Positions 48,252 to 62,760 of a stretch of 64,000 nucleotides of DNA are shown here, in pieces. Numbering within the stretch: the first letter of the stretch is position 1; every line of letters begins with the position of its first letter. The notes beneath the pieces are model-generated. The model ran no database searches. It saw only the letters and a program-made list of their open reading frames with translations, and had not been told where the DNA came from. The position numbers and the translations under genes were made by a program. The stretch comes from Lingula anatina (lineage: Eukaryota; Animalia; Brachiopoda), in NCBI GenBank assembly GCA_051362555.1, contig CM120643.1:4030001-4094000 (forward strand), read 5' to 3'.

Positions 48252-50557
48252 CTTTGCCACAGGAAACTTCAAAATTTTATTATAAACTGTGAATGTTGAG
48301 TGCACAGCAAACTTGATTTCTTTGGGATTATGCTATTTTAGTGTATAAAAAACTCATTTAAAAAGTGTTTAATAGGTACCGATACAAGATACAAGTACTG
48401 CCATTGACAATTATACAAACAAAATACTTCAATACACATTTTACTTTTATAACCATCAATTAGAAAGAATCAATGTTTTAATAGAATTTTATTGTTATAT
48501 GAGCTATAATTATGTCACAGGCCAGATAGCAATCCAGCCAGATTTCAAATCAGCCTAGGTCAAATTAAAATTATTCAAATTTGGACATATGCAGTTTTAG
48601 CTTTTGCTTTGAAAACAAACTGCCAATTAGTCCAACAAACAAATCGATAACATTACGAAAAAAAGTTATAAAGTGTATTTTTCTAACAAACAATGGTGTT
48701 TACCTCACTCAAAGTGAGAAAAAGTCAAGGGCAATATAAGTTTAACAACATCTAATAAAAAAAATGACTAATGAACCCTTTAAATTCATTCACTTAATCA
48801 TACCTTATGCACTAAAATTTAAGATTATTTTCAGGATGTATCAAAAACAGTCATGAAATCTAGGATTATGGTAAATTAAACATGGATCCTACTAGTATAA
48901 TGTTGACTTTGCTAGTTAATTATCTCCAAAGATAAAAACGTAATATATAATGTATTTTTTACTATTTTTATGATGATATTCACTTCATATTTCTACTAAT
49001 ACATTGAAAGGTCAACCTTATCTAGTCAAATTTTTTCTAGACTTATCAAATTATTGCCAATAAACTCGACCAAATACCACCATTTAAGTATAAATTCAAG
49101 AAACAACTCGGGTTTCAGAATTAGAGGAACGGATAAGTGTATCAAGTTTGCGCCCAGAAATATAATAAAGGTGCAGTTTTAAAGCTTTTTTTCCGGCTGA
49201 TCGAGTGATTTATTTCATTTTGGGGTTTTTTGTTTCAGTTGTGTAAGAAGCTGGTTGTAGTAATTTGTATGCGTTACAGGGAATGTCCAGAGCGACTTTC
49301 TCGCTTGTATGCATCTTGAAAAGAAAAAACAAAACACTATTTTTCTGACAAGTCTCTGTTGGAGAACTTCTGTTAACAACTTTTCGGGTGTCCATTCTAA
49401 AATATCAAACCACGAATTTGGAGGAGAAACAGGAAGAACTCCTCCTTATATAGAAAGGTAAAAATGCAATCAATGAAATTTTGGCGTAAGACATTGTCGT
49501 GTCCGACATAAAGATCAAAAAGATATTTAATGAGGTCACATGATGTAACGTGTAAATACCGGTAGTTCTCAAGTAATGTGGCCGCCTCTTTGTATACCGC
49601 CAAGGTAAAGAAATTAATTATACAATTATAAGTTATTACAGTTTGCGTGGATCTACATAACATAAGAAACTAATATATAAGCAATCGGAATTGATAGGGG
49701 GGAGGAAAGAGAGAAAGAAGGAGAAGGAGATTGGGAGAGACGGGGCAGACTTGGATTCGAGAGTTAGCAGTTGGAGACTTCGCTTATAATATGAAGATAC
49801 CGAGCGTCGACAAATAAATCATTTAACTGGTCATTATGTGGACTTGGGTTTTCTTTGGGCGACCTTACGTAAATCTGACACGAACCGTGGAATCTTTAGA
49901 CTGCGTTATCCGCTAAGTGAGTCGAAAACATGTCCTATTTCGAGCGCACGTTTGAATTAAGCGTAAAAATGTTAAGTTTAGAACATGCATTCCATATGCA
50001 TGAAAAGGTTCATTACAATATTGATTGACAGGAATTTTCTTAAATATGCGTATCTATATACATGTAGATGAATTAAACATTAGAAATTACTTACAATTCA
50101 AAGCAAACATAACCTGAAATCATGAAGCTCTAATTTGAAAGGGAGTTGGACATTTATCGTGAAAACAGATATCACCTAAAAGTTAGCACCTTCCAGGAAC
50201 GCGTTAGTAGCGGTTTTAAACAAAACTGGCATGGTGAACTTCAGGAGACGTCTGAGCTAAGAACCTATAATTTATTCGTTTGCATAACTCAGTTAAACTG
50301 ATTCTTTATAAACGTTTTCTTATGAAGCACATTTGGGTCCATATGTACTGCTACATAAAAATAAAAATGTTAGATATACATGTACAAATCTTAGTCGCCA
50401 CAGCTCTAATATTCAATACTTACGGTGCTAGAGCAATAGGCGACAGCATATTTTAATTGGGATGCTTTAATAATAATAACCTCATTTATTTGGGTTGAAA
50501 GTCTATGGACAAAACAAGATGGGTTGTTTGTGCAATAATCTAATGGTAATGTTTTAG

Positions 50558-51699
50558 ATTGTGTTAAGCCGCATCGTGTCTTCTCTAACACAATCCCACG
50601 ACTGCTATTATTATGTAAACCAGGTGAGCATTTTGGTGAGAGGTATTCAGATAGGACCAAGGTCAGTAGGAAGAGGAAGAAGCCTCATATACCATATTAC
50701 CAAACTTTCCACACGTAGGCTGAAATTTTGGCACTGAGAACTGCTGTAGTTTGCTGTAAGTACTGTATAGATGATATAAGGCAACACTGATCATTTTATG
50801 ATGACGATATTTTATCAAAAAGTATGCGTTTCCCACTTCAGGCGTAAGTACTCTTGGGTATATTTTACTGACTTGAATGCTGAAATGAGCTTGAAAATTT
50901 TATTACCTTTTTGCGTTGCTTCTTCCAGAAGGAAAGTATTTGCTCATAAAGAAGTGAGAAGATTATTCCAGCCGTCCAAAGGTCTGAACGCGTTATTCCG
51001 TCTTAAACAAAACAAGACGACAAAGCAGGTAACTACCGGTAAATTCTCATCTCCCAATGAGTGCACTTTTTATCTTACGACAGCGGCTTGTACACATATA
51101 TCCTGTTAATTAAAGTTAACTGTTAACAAACAAGTGGTTTTCTAGAGAACTAGTATATTTGCTAGGCACTGTCGACCTCCCTTGCCTTCAATTTTTTTCC
51201 TGATTTCAATTTCAATTACACACCGTCCTTGATATTATAATTTGAAATAAGATATTGCATAAAACATTTGATTTTAAAAAAAGTTGAGCTAAAGTGCCTG
51301 CATTCGGATTACGAATTTATTTAAGTATGGATGCATTGGTAGAAAGTAATTGGTAAAATCATTCAGAAGAAGTTATAATAAGCACATATAGCAATAAAAT
51401 CCTGAATTTATATCACTCTACCCACAAAATACGCAAAATAATGTATAACTTAGAAAGTAAAAAACCAATCAAGATTATTATTAATATTATGTATTTCACT
51501 TTGTCAATTCCTTAGATATTATTATGAATTTAGTTTAATTTATTTCATTTTACATTTAATTTCAGTGCCTCGTAACAACCGTCTACGATGAGATAGGACG
51601 CACTCCCAGCAAAGACATCAGATTCGTGAACGCCAGCGCCCGCACCCATGTCAACGTTGTCTTAATGCTTGCGTGTCGAAGTTTGTCGTATAGTCAACT
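50558..51699 (+). pseudogene. Three decayed exons, copy 2
   Basis: Segments 50558-50623, 50929-51028 and 51566 onward, all with intact AG/GT. The last reads CLVTTVYDEIGRTPSKDIRFVNASARTHVNVVLMLACRSLSYS before the MITE at 51700. Confidence 0.4.
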
Positions 51700-54182
51700 T
51701 GCAGGGTTGACATTTGGTTTGGTTTGAAATGTAATATTTGCTTTGGTTTGTAATATTCTGCATCAAAACATGTATCGAATGAAGTACAGCGTGCAACAAA
51801 TGTTTTATTCATGAAACTTCTGATAAAAGGGACCAAATCCAAGCGTCAACCCTGCACGTCGATGTTTTATTATTATACGTGTGTAAATAAGTTGTAGTAC
51901 ACCACTCTATCCGCACACGATGTTTTTATCATAATTTAAAATTTTGTTCATACCCACCAGTTCTCTAACCTGAAACGACACTTTTAAAATTATCTTAAAA
52001 CAAAAAAGTGCCTTGCTTAAGTGATCTATGAAAATAAAATCAATTGTTGTAAAATTACATTAAGTGATGTGCAGGTAGAGCGCTGTAGTGGTATGACCGG
52101 TTTAATGTTTGATTGTAAAATTTTGTGTGGGCAAATATGTAATAAGACGCTTTGTTATACACTCGAAAATACATTTTTATTCATATTAAATTGGATATGG
52201 ATACAAATATTGATTTTAATGAAGTTAACTTTAAAAAAATACGTAGACTCGTGCGTAAAATGTATACAGGAATCTTTTCTTGGAAGAATATTTTACAAGA
52301 ATCTTTTATTGGAAGAAATGACCGAGATATAAAACTACAATAAGCTGTTAACACTGTAATCCAAATTATGACACTTAAGAATTATCGGAAGTATGACATT
52401 GTAAAATGTGCTCAAGTTATTACAGAATTGCCTACACGTATTAAAACAGGCCTTTCTAAAATATGGATATGACGCATGGTAAGAATAAACTTCCTTTGGT
52501 TCCCGCTGTTTTGATATGCGAGTAGTATGTCTGATCTGTGATAGACCCATAGTTTTATTGCTGGGAGGCGGTAGAAATGTTTTTGTTTTCAGAAAATCAA
52601 ACCAGGGGTTGGGTCGTTTTTTTTTTCGAAATTTATATGTTTTTGTTATTTAAGAAGGAAAATTGGCTTTTTGCCTTCGTTACAAAGCGGAATTGTTAAG
52701 AGAAACAAAGTGTTTTATTTTGGCATCCTTTGACAATTAAAGTGTACGTGCAGGACTGGCATTTATCGTATCCTTTTATAACTTGAAAATCCTTATCATA
52801 TTCTTATCGTTAACTACAGTTGTCGCAAAGCTTTTTTTTTTTTGGGGGGGGGGGGAGGGGGGTATCGGTATTTCCTAGTAATTTGACGAACTTTTGTAGA
52901 CTGTCAACTTTTGCCAATCCTCTAAAAACAAAATAAAATCTTTATTGAATTAACATAAAATCTGCATACGTATCTGTTTTTATATTTGGTACATTGTAGT
53001 TTAGTGTATGATTTGGCCAGTTAATTGCCAATTTACTGACTTATTGTTTAAAATCCTTTGTTTTGTGGCATTTAATTGTCTAATCAAATGTGAAAAATCA
53101 AAATTTCATCAGAAAGATGACACTTTGATTGGTAAGGCTAAAAGTTTAATAAAAAAATAGGAAGTTCAGTGTTTTATTTAATGTTGATCTTGTACTTGGT
53201 ACTTTCTTAATTCTATATTTCAGTCGGGATCAAGGGGTGATTGAGAACAAAAGGCCTGATTAGGTGCCAGTCCTGCAAGTGCTGTTGGGTTATTTTTGCC
53301 GAGTGTTTCTGAATCACTGAGCACAAGTGACCGTATAGTTATTTTAAGTAAACTTGTTTTTGCATAACCTTTTTAATTTTGTTTACGTAATATTGTATAA
53401 AATGACTATTGACTAGGATAAGGTTGTAAACTGACCATGTCTTCATGCTGTTCTTGATTCGCACGGCGCATAAATTTGTTCCTATTTTAAGATTTAAAGA
53501 GAAGAAAAACATATTTATTTATTTATCTGTGAGAAAGCATTCATTAAATTTACAGAACTGAATAATGTTTGACTGCTGTTTGGTGTTGTGTGTGATCATC
53601 AGCATGGGGACATAGAGTAAGTTGTGGGGTCAGGAGTGTGTACCCGTGTGCGGGGGGAACGCTTACATGAGATCATATGCATTTTGAATTTTCTATACTG
53701 TTACCACCCTTGAATTTGGATAAAAAATGTCCCTAGAGAAATTTTGGATCAGTCACAAGACAAATACATCAAATTCAACTTTGAAAGATTAATGTAAAAA
53801 ACATCGTCAAATCTTCAACTTTCTCTTTTAACTCTGGGCAAAAAACCTGAGAATTTCATGTTCTGGTCAGTATTATGTCGTCTTGTATGCAGTGTTCTTG
53901 AGCACTTTTTTTAGAACCAAAATGATTGATCTTGAGCGACAATATTCAAAATGCATAGAATCTCCCACACATTTAGTTGTAGATAGTTGTATTTAAGATT
54001 AATTTATATCTCAAATTGCGCAGTCGTTATGAAAATTACTTTTTATGTAGAACCAAAACGTAATGTTCGGATTTTGAATACATCTGTATGGTGTAGTTGT
54101 TTGAATTTGTTATAATAAACGTACATAAAAGTTGTAATAGATGATGTGCAAAATGTCACATGTTTATTCTTGACTTTCTTTT

Positions 54183-54573
54183 CTTCAGCTCGACTTGAAC
54201 CTTAGGTTTTCAACTCCTAGCTCACTCTTTTCTACTTCTTAGTCTGTCGCCTTACCTACTGAGCCACTGTCTCAGTTCGCGTTTTTCCTCATTCGTATGA
54301 TCCTCTTATAGTAGTTTGAATTGTTTATTTGGGTTTATTTTTGCAAAAGGTAATTTGCTGGGACCTAGAAGCGCCAGGAATCGAACTGGGGACCTTCTGT
54401 CTCAGAGGCAAGCGCGTTACCTACTCCTCTAACTGTTCCCACCCACCCTCCCCGTGTAGACTTTCTTCTTATAGTAAGCAAATAAAATTTCTAATAGCAC
54501 CCCTTTGTAATTCCAAAGTGCCCGAGCCAGGAATCGAACCCCAACCCCAGGCTTTCACTGAGCCATGTAGCCA
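54183..54573 (-). pseudogene. Triple tRNA-like cassette, copy 2
   Basis: Near-identical to 7222-7612 (modules ~54183-54274, 54366-54439, 54517-54573). Confidence 0.65.
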
Positions 54574-57500
54574 TCAGTAAAAACACTAAGACATTTTGTA
54601 TGTTCAATAAGTGTTTTTATTAAGAGCAATACAAATTGCTTTTATGTATTCAAATATTCATAAAACATATACCTGTAAAATATCATCGTCTTCAGTCTTT
54701 TTATTACTACAAGTTAAAAAGCGTTTAGTATCTAAAAGAATATTATGATATTATAGTATAATATTATGATGCCTGCATTTAAATTCACTTGCAGGTGTAA
54801 AAAATATAACATTCTTATATATTCGACTTGACAAATAAACTATTTACCACACTAATGGTCTTATGTTTGTTCTTAATGACAAAAACAAAATATTTCAACT
54901 TCTTCAATAAAAAAAACAATGGTGGATCTAGTCTCCGCCCTCCCCGAGGAGAGAGACCCATTCTGGACTCACATGATCAAGTCCTCAAAATACTCCATCT
55001 CGCTCCAAATGTCAACATCTGACCCCTTTAAAATGTCCTGGATCCGCCATTGTTTTTTTTTTCTATATAATAATGACAATTATGAGATTTTTATTAAATG
55101 CTCTGTTTAAAATTGCACGCTTTTTTTCAGTCAAACACTTATTGTTGGGAGCAAAAAACGGATACGCACTTTCGTTTTGTTTGGCAAAAAAAGTGTCAAA
55201 AGTCCTACATAAAAAAAAATATATATATATATACAACGTTTATACTAACAGCTATTGACAAACTGGAAAGACTAATGAACATTAGATAGTAAAGTGAATA
55301 TGAAATTAAAAAAAATTCCTTGCAAAAACTACTTAGAGAACAAACTACATGTTCACTTATGAAATTTGGGCTAAAATCCAATGGGCAGATCACGATATTT
55401 CTCATATTTCCTATAGTCTACTACATCCATTTTCAATTAGAAAACAAACTACATTTACATGAAATCAGGCTTAAAATCCAAGGGACAGATAACGATTTTT
55501 CTCATATTTCCTACATCTATTTTCAATTCGAAAAAAAAACCTTCTGAACATAAATTCGAATAAATTCGAATATACATCAATAATTTCTGCTTCATCTGGT
55601 CGATAGAATGATGCTGTTAAGACAGAATTGCCGAAAACAGTTAAATTTGGGAAAAAAAAGCAATTTTCATTCCCATAAATGTATTTGTTCAACAGATTAA
55701 TGGCAGAAAACATATATTTCAGGATAAAACGTGTACATATTTTACATTGTAAGAACTACGTTCAGAGATAAGTAAAACACGAAAATAGTGTCTTTTCCAT
55801 CATATGAGTGGTATTTACATGAACGAAATCAGCTTTTCAAGAAGGGATTTTTCTCAAATAGAAATTAAATTTCTTAATTCTACATACTTCACCTGAGAAA
55901 TAAAATAATCGATCTTGATTCGTAAAATGGCATCTCTTACTCAACAAGACAGCAAATACTCAAATTTCAAGAGACGATAATCCTTTTTTTTCCTTCTGAA
56001 CATTGAAAGAAAGACACACAATGAGCGTAAGTCGTCTCATTTTTTATTTCAGTACATTTAGAGAATGAGACTGAAGTTTACTAAAAACAGAAATTAAGAA
56101 TTCGACACCGGACTTGTAGAATTTATAAATGGATTTGATAATGTGTTCATTGGTGATTTAGGTGAAATTGCTGAATATTACATAAAATTTGTGTATTTTA
56201 GCGTACTTTATTCTCATCCAAACTAGAAAGTCACCCCCTGCTGTCTTGCTGAAGAATACCACAAATAGTACCATTTCGCAAATGTCACGTGTGACAAACT
56301 TAACACTACGATAGTATACAACATACTTCAATACAATAAAGCCATTTTTCAACTGATGACCATGTTTTCTGATATATCATTACGTTTTAAATATGTTACA
56401 TATAATTAGCAAATCACCTCAAATTCCTGATGCTATATTGATAAAAAAAACAAAAAAGATTCCTGTGGACAAAGCGTTTTCAAACCCGTTCAGAACAGCA
56501 TTTCGGGTCATCAGTTCGCCCCCTATGCATTGAATGGTTGATCTTATAACATGTCACGCAGAAATCAATACAACTACAATTTAGCTCACACATTTTATTG
56601 AAATGAAATGTTAAATCTTAATTTACGAATCTTGCCAATATTCGAAATGGAAGTGTATTACTATATCCCCTTTATACTTGAATTATGTTCTTTACTTAGG
56701 AAATGGACATTTGTTACTATATCTATGACATATTCTATAATTCCACTACCAACCGATCACTAAATATCAACATGCCAATAGCCAGACCTGCACAAGACAT
56801 TTCACAGCATTTTCCCCTCCTTGGCCATTTATCACGGTAAACTTCCACTGCCACTACTATTTCTACCGACGAAGGTCAAAATACTGAACATGAAGTGCAA
56901 CTGCATTTTCCTTTGTTTTATGAGATGTGATGAGATGAAGTGAAGGAGGAAATAAATGGTACGTGGGGAAAATGTTGAGAAATGGTCATGAACGCTCTTA
57001 AGCAAACGGGTGTCAAAATACATTTCAAAAATAAATCACAATTTACTTATCACCAAATACCTGACATTGATTTCTTAATACTTTATATTGATATGGCTTA
57101 AATTACGATATTCTTATACTTAATATCTAAGCCGCCTTCACTCCACTTCCTGATCACTCAGCACTGAGGCAGTGACGTCTCCTTCCAGGCTGTCCATCCC
57201 ATTACATTCATGGTAGGGGGAGGTGACAGGCTGAAGTGACCGCCTTTCCTTTTCAACTCTCACCAATATTTTACGGATGGAACTTCATTTGTACTTTACA
57301 ACATTAAAAATACATTGGACGACGTTTGTGTTCAGTATATTTTAAAAAATGCCAGACGAAAATTAACTTCAGATCCTTATCAACCCAAAATTGAAACGAC
57401 ATTATGTAGGTCACTGGCTTTCTTGATATGATCAATAAGGTCCACTGATTTGAATATCTGAGTAGTTTTTGCTATGTTTGACCAACTAGACCTTACGATA

Positions 57501-59029
57501 GAGACTGTGGTGTTTTGATTCTGATGCTGTCTCAACCATGATTGTGACGGATTCCACAAACTATCACCTCATTGTGTTAGTGAAGACATAACGCGAGGCG
57601 GAGAGGGGGGATAAAAAGTTCATAAAGAAATTACCTAGTAAGCTATTGAAAATGACAATACATGTATGATATTTTAGTTTAAATTAAATGTCGACGAACC
57701 ATTCAATAGAGAAAATTGGATTAAAAGGAAATGTGTTGAAAAAAAAAACGGCACAAAAATGATGGGGGGAGGGTATGGATGATGGTATAAAAGGTTTGGG
57801 TGAGTCGGGGACATTGAGTTTTGAGTGCGTTCGGGTGTTTACCAGTGTCCTTTAACTTTAACACACCAGGTTATACAAACTTTTACAACTTTTGCCTCTA
57901 AAAAAACCTGTTCAGATTTATTTTTTCTACTTGTATAACTAGGCCTACCCTATGTTTCAACTATAGTAATTCACAAAGATGGACTTCGAATTCCAAGATG
58001 ACGTCTAATGAGAAAGAGCGCCATTACTAAAAACGCAGCACTAGAAAATGAACTGGCAAATCGCCAACTCTACGAAATGAACTAAAATCAAAATAAGTTC
58101 CAGCAAATGTTATGCTGACGTTATGCTAGAAAATCATCGTGACATTATAATTTAGCGCTGATTTACTCTATCAAATTCTTCCTCTGAAATGTTGTCCCAA
58201 TGAATAAAATACTTGTCTATCATGTCTTGAAATTGAAATTTTAAAAGATTAAAATAGAAAGAAATTATAGGCATTTTTCATTGAAATTAGCGTTTTTACA
58301 CACAACGAACGCGACACAACATAATGGCGCGTGAAAAAACGACGTAAAATCTCTACGCAGTGTCGACAGAATTTACGTGAAGTCAAATTTTGCTATTTTT
58401 GAACTACACAAACTGCCGGCGATTATCACATCAAGTATGTTTGCCTACTTGCACGAAATATTGCACATTTTCATATATGCACTAGGGCCTATTTGTGCAA
58501 TTATCCAGAATACATCAGAAAACATAAGACAGGAGTGCTAATGAATGAGATTTAGTGCTTTTGCTGAACTGTCCCCATTGGCAATGGTCTAAACAAGAGT
58601 AGTACAGATTGTGGTTTGAAGGACAGAATGATAATTTTTTTAATTAAAAAAATGATTTTTTTTTTCGAAATGAGATATTTGAGACTTCATAAAGAAATCT
58701 CAACAATATTTCAAAAATGTTCCAGTAACTGAAAGCTAGGCTAACGACGTGAGTGTCACCTCTACCTGAGGTGTGCAAAAAGCTGAATCCCCGATGAAAG
58801 CAACATAACGGAGACAGAAACGGAGCGCAAAAATTGTCTTGTTTTAATTATTGATTAAAAAAGGCTGTTAGTATGACCAATCTGATGAACCTCTTGAAAC
58901 ATTGAATGACTTTCTTAATTGCAGATTTGATTTTCCTGTATCATTTTGTGTAGTTAAAGCATTCTACTATAGCAAACTGCTAACAACACATTTCTAACCG
59001 AGGCGTTATTTTCCTAAGCATAAAAGTTA

Positions 59030-59070
<41 letters not shown>

Positions 59071-59725
59071 CGGGGTGGGGGACGTAGGTCGTGCGAGGGA
59101 AACTTCCTCTCTGGCAATTGTCCATGTTGACAGGTATTTAATGGTCCGGGAGAATAGAGGAAGTTGAGTTACAACAGTGATTATGCTACAGTATTTGACC
59201 TCAAACTTTCTCAACATGACCGTGACGTTGTCCATGAATTTCATCATATTGTGGTAGTGAAGACAGTGATAAATGATAGAGGGCGCTGATATGATCATTT
59301 TTCTTATAATATCTTCGGAGTCTCATAATAATTTTTTTAAATACTCGGAACTTTTTGTACTGAATTCACTTATTTCAAAAGTGTCCATATGTCATTAATT
59401 TCATTTATATGAAAAAAGAGTTCCAAATAACAGTGGTAATCGTACTTGAGGCCCCTGCAGGCGATGTTTTTTTCTCTGGGAATTCACGTGGAGACGTTGT
59501 CCAGGATCGAGAAGCTATCTCTATCTAAGAAGCTAATTCCTTGTAAAATTTTACCTGTATATAATAACACGCTTTATATAAATGATCATGGACCTATTTG
59601 ATCAATACTTTCATCAAGCTTTATTATTTTCTTATTCTTTTCTTAAAAATTCCAGTCCTGGGGGAATCTGTCCAGTGCGGACGGCTCCTACAATTTCTTT
59701 GTAGAATAAAAGAACTCTAACATCT

Positions 59726-60003
59726 CGTGATTGATAGATATCAATCAAAGCTGTCAAATTTGACAGTTTGAGTAAACATACGTCAATCACATCCATACCG
59801 CCAAAGAACTTTTATCTCCTGTGATTGATAGGTGTCAATCAAAGCTGTCAAATTTGACAGCTCGATTGACGGTTAGTTAAACAAACGTCAATCACAATCA
59901 TCCTGCAAAGGAGCTTTTACTTACTGTGATTGAGAGGTGCCAATCAAAGCTATTAGAAGTGGATGGCTTGATTGGCAGTTATATAAACAAACGTCAATCA
60001 TCA
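59726..60003. repeat. Three ~95-105-bp tandem units built from palindromes
   Basis: Each unit has GTGATTGA(T/G)AG.T..CAATCAAAGCT...ACGTCAATCA. The first two contain the perfect palindrome CTGTCAAATTTGACAG. Confidence 0.85.
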
Positions 60004-62109
60004 TACTGGTGATCAAGTACAGCTGTCGAACAATGAATACGCCGTATGTCCCCGGGATTATTTAAATGAGTAAATTAAAATTAGGCGTCATTAATGAGTA
60101 AATACAGTGTATAGGCATGTGCAAAAAACAGATATCTTTTACAGTTTAGGGTGCCCGTGTTTAAATTAAAAAGTCTCGGTCTTGCATTTCTATACAAGCA
60201 GGCATTTTTTTAGTCATGTTAAAAATAAGTCCAAGTACGCTTGCGGTTGGAGATTGTCAGCAGGAGGATTGTTCAGTTTAGATGTTTAGAAGATTGAGAG
60301 CAAAGGAAAGAGTTTGAAATCCCCAAAAAATGCAAGTCTGCTCTTCGCCAGTATAGCTATGTAGTCTCACCTTGTTTTGAGGGACACATTTTACTTTGTA
60401 TTGTAGACTCCAAAGGCTATCCTTCAGTTACATGTACACATCAACTCTATGGCATGGAGTGTGTTCACCCGGATTGAAAGAAAAAGGGAATAGGGCACAG
60501 GATAATTACCCACAAAATAAACAAAATAAGAAATAAATACACGATAATAAATGAAGAATATGTTAAATCCCAGGTCAAAATAGATAATAACTAGAAGTAT
60601 TAAAAACTACTTTAAAGGTAATGTATTGGCCGTTTTAATACATACATTGATTTTCTGTGACAAATAAACCCAGTGTAGTTTCGGTGTCTACTCTATACCC
60701 GCATATTAGTACAACACATAATCTACGTTCACATTTAAAAATGTCCTCATGTCTACCTTTTTTTTCATCAGCCTGTGATGCAAACAACGAAATTTAGAGA
60801 AAGCAGATGCGTATATTATGAATATTTCCAGCGTTATGATTTCGGTTTAGAAATGTTTTGAAACTTATCGATCTTGCACGAAGACAGTCCAGTCTGGCCT
60901 GCAAAGTTTTCCAAAAAATAAATGTTATTTCCAGCCCACACGTACTCAAAACCAAAATTTATTTATTTCTTTATGATAAGTACCGTAGGCTGAGAAAAAT
61001 GTTTGCCGGGGGGGGGGGGGGAGTATTGAGCTTACTCCCCTCACCCACCCCGCCCTTACATTTTCAGCCACGTCAGTTCTTAGCGGAGAAGAGGATGATC
61101 GGCCCAGTTCATTTCTTTACGCCTTACATATTTATAAACAAGTTCTTGATACATGGCATCGAGGACCGTGACCCCAGTCAGTCCTAGGCCAACTTCAAGT
61201 GAGTAAATTTCTCGTTGCCCCCCCCCCCCCCCACCCCCACCTCCCTTCTCCTACTCAGCGATTCAGTGTTTGCACTGATGTCATATTTGCCTGCAGCTTG
61301 ACAGACGAGACACTTACTTGACATGGAACACCCCCTGACGTATTTTACTGATAAGGTTGGACCTAGAGAAGTGGTCAGGAACCCATTACGGAGAATGAAT
61401 TCTCACTGTCCTTGTTCATCCCCTAGCTTCAGGTTAAACATACCATATCTCATTACATTGGTTTATAGTCATGTTATTCAATTGATGTTTTCATTCTTGC
61501 AAAATCAGTTGTTTGTGTGGACAGAAATTTTGCTATTTTACAGAAAGAGCTTATATTGTTATCATGGTGACGATGTGGTAAGTGTGCTTGTAAATGAAAT
61601 TAGCTAGAGGATTACGTGGGCTTCATTGCGGCAGTTGCCCCTCTCCCAAAATATGGGCTTCATGAATATTTGAAGACAATGCAAAAAACGATGACTTAGA
61701 CAAAGACGAATGACGGGGAAAAAACAATGAGCAGAAATTTCGGTATCTTTAATTATTACTTTTAGTGTTGGTGTTTTATTGTAGAAAGTGCCCTCACCAA
61801 TCTTTCATTGCTTTATTCGTTTTTTATCAACGTATTATGATGGGCCCGGGAATGTTTAAGTTGGAACACTGATACAAGATCTGTAAAAGAAAAAAATAAT
61901 AAAGAAAATGGCATGAAGAAGGTCTAGAAAAAAAGGTGTCTGGCAACCCCAGCACACGCTTTACGTTTTTCTGTGGGAACAACTCAATATTTTTCACAAG
62001 GGCCAGGCTGTCATCCATCAAGAGAAGATCGGTGAGGATGATACAGCACTATTGGACCTGTTCATCTGTTCAGTTTAACCTCTTTTTTTATTTTTTTATT
62101 TATTTATTT

Positions 62110-62760
62110 TTTTTATTGAACTTAGGTAATGTTAATTACAGAATACAATAATTCTTTTTTACCTCACACTTACTTCTCTCTCTCACACACACACACACAG
62201 ACACTTATAACTACTACTGATGGCTCATCATTTTCATTAGTTAATAAGATATTGATAAGCACAGCATTTTTTCTCTAACACAGATAGCATTCGATGTCCC
62301 TGAAGGACAGATGTCCCCCATTTTTTTGATTTACTGTAAATGTAATATTTTACCTGGGAAATCAATGAATTCAATTTCTCATCATTATTTCCAAGGATAA
62401 TATCCGATGCAGAAATATGAATATTGGCTCCCTTTTCTTCCCTAAACCAGTTTTCGATTTGCTTCCACAATTTTTTTGCGAGATTACAATCTATGAATAG
62501 ATGTTCAATTGTTTCCATCCTTGTGCTACATAAATTGCAATGAGGATTATCCGCTATTTTATATTTGAACAGTAAGTATTTTGTCCCTAGAATTCTATGA
62601 ATACATCTAAAGTTAAACCATCTGAGTTTGGATTCTTTTATATCTGTCAGGAAACGATTGTAGATAAGATTCCATGTTATTGCTTTATTAAAGAACCTTT
62701 CCCATTTTATTTCATTTTTAGGGGTTTCGTACAGTTTTTTTTATAAACGTATCATTTCGG
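62110..62760 (-). mobile_element. L1/Tx1-clade LINE ORF2 C-terminus (zf-RVT) and 3' UTR
   Basis: Minus strand ITWNLIY...KESKLRWFNFRCIHRILGTKYLLFKYKIADNPHCNLCSTRMETIEHLFIDC...LW (CxxC..ETIEHLF.C). A-rich tail at ~62085-62115. Confidence 0.9.

Larger units (their letters stand above)
50281..59498 (+). repeat. ~9.2-kb direct repeat / segmental duplication, copy 2
   Basis: Colinear with 3421-12348 (offset 46961 at the tRNA-like cassette). Private insertions near 51205-51330 and 55440-55660. Confidence 0.97.

Noticed and set aside
3421-59498. Giant LTR retrotransposon with 9-kb LTRs
   Set aside because: No gag/pol, PBS/PPT, TG..CA termini or TSD seen, and the interior holds an intron-containing host gene.
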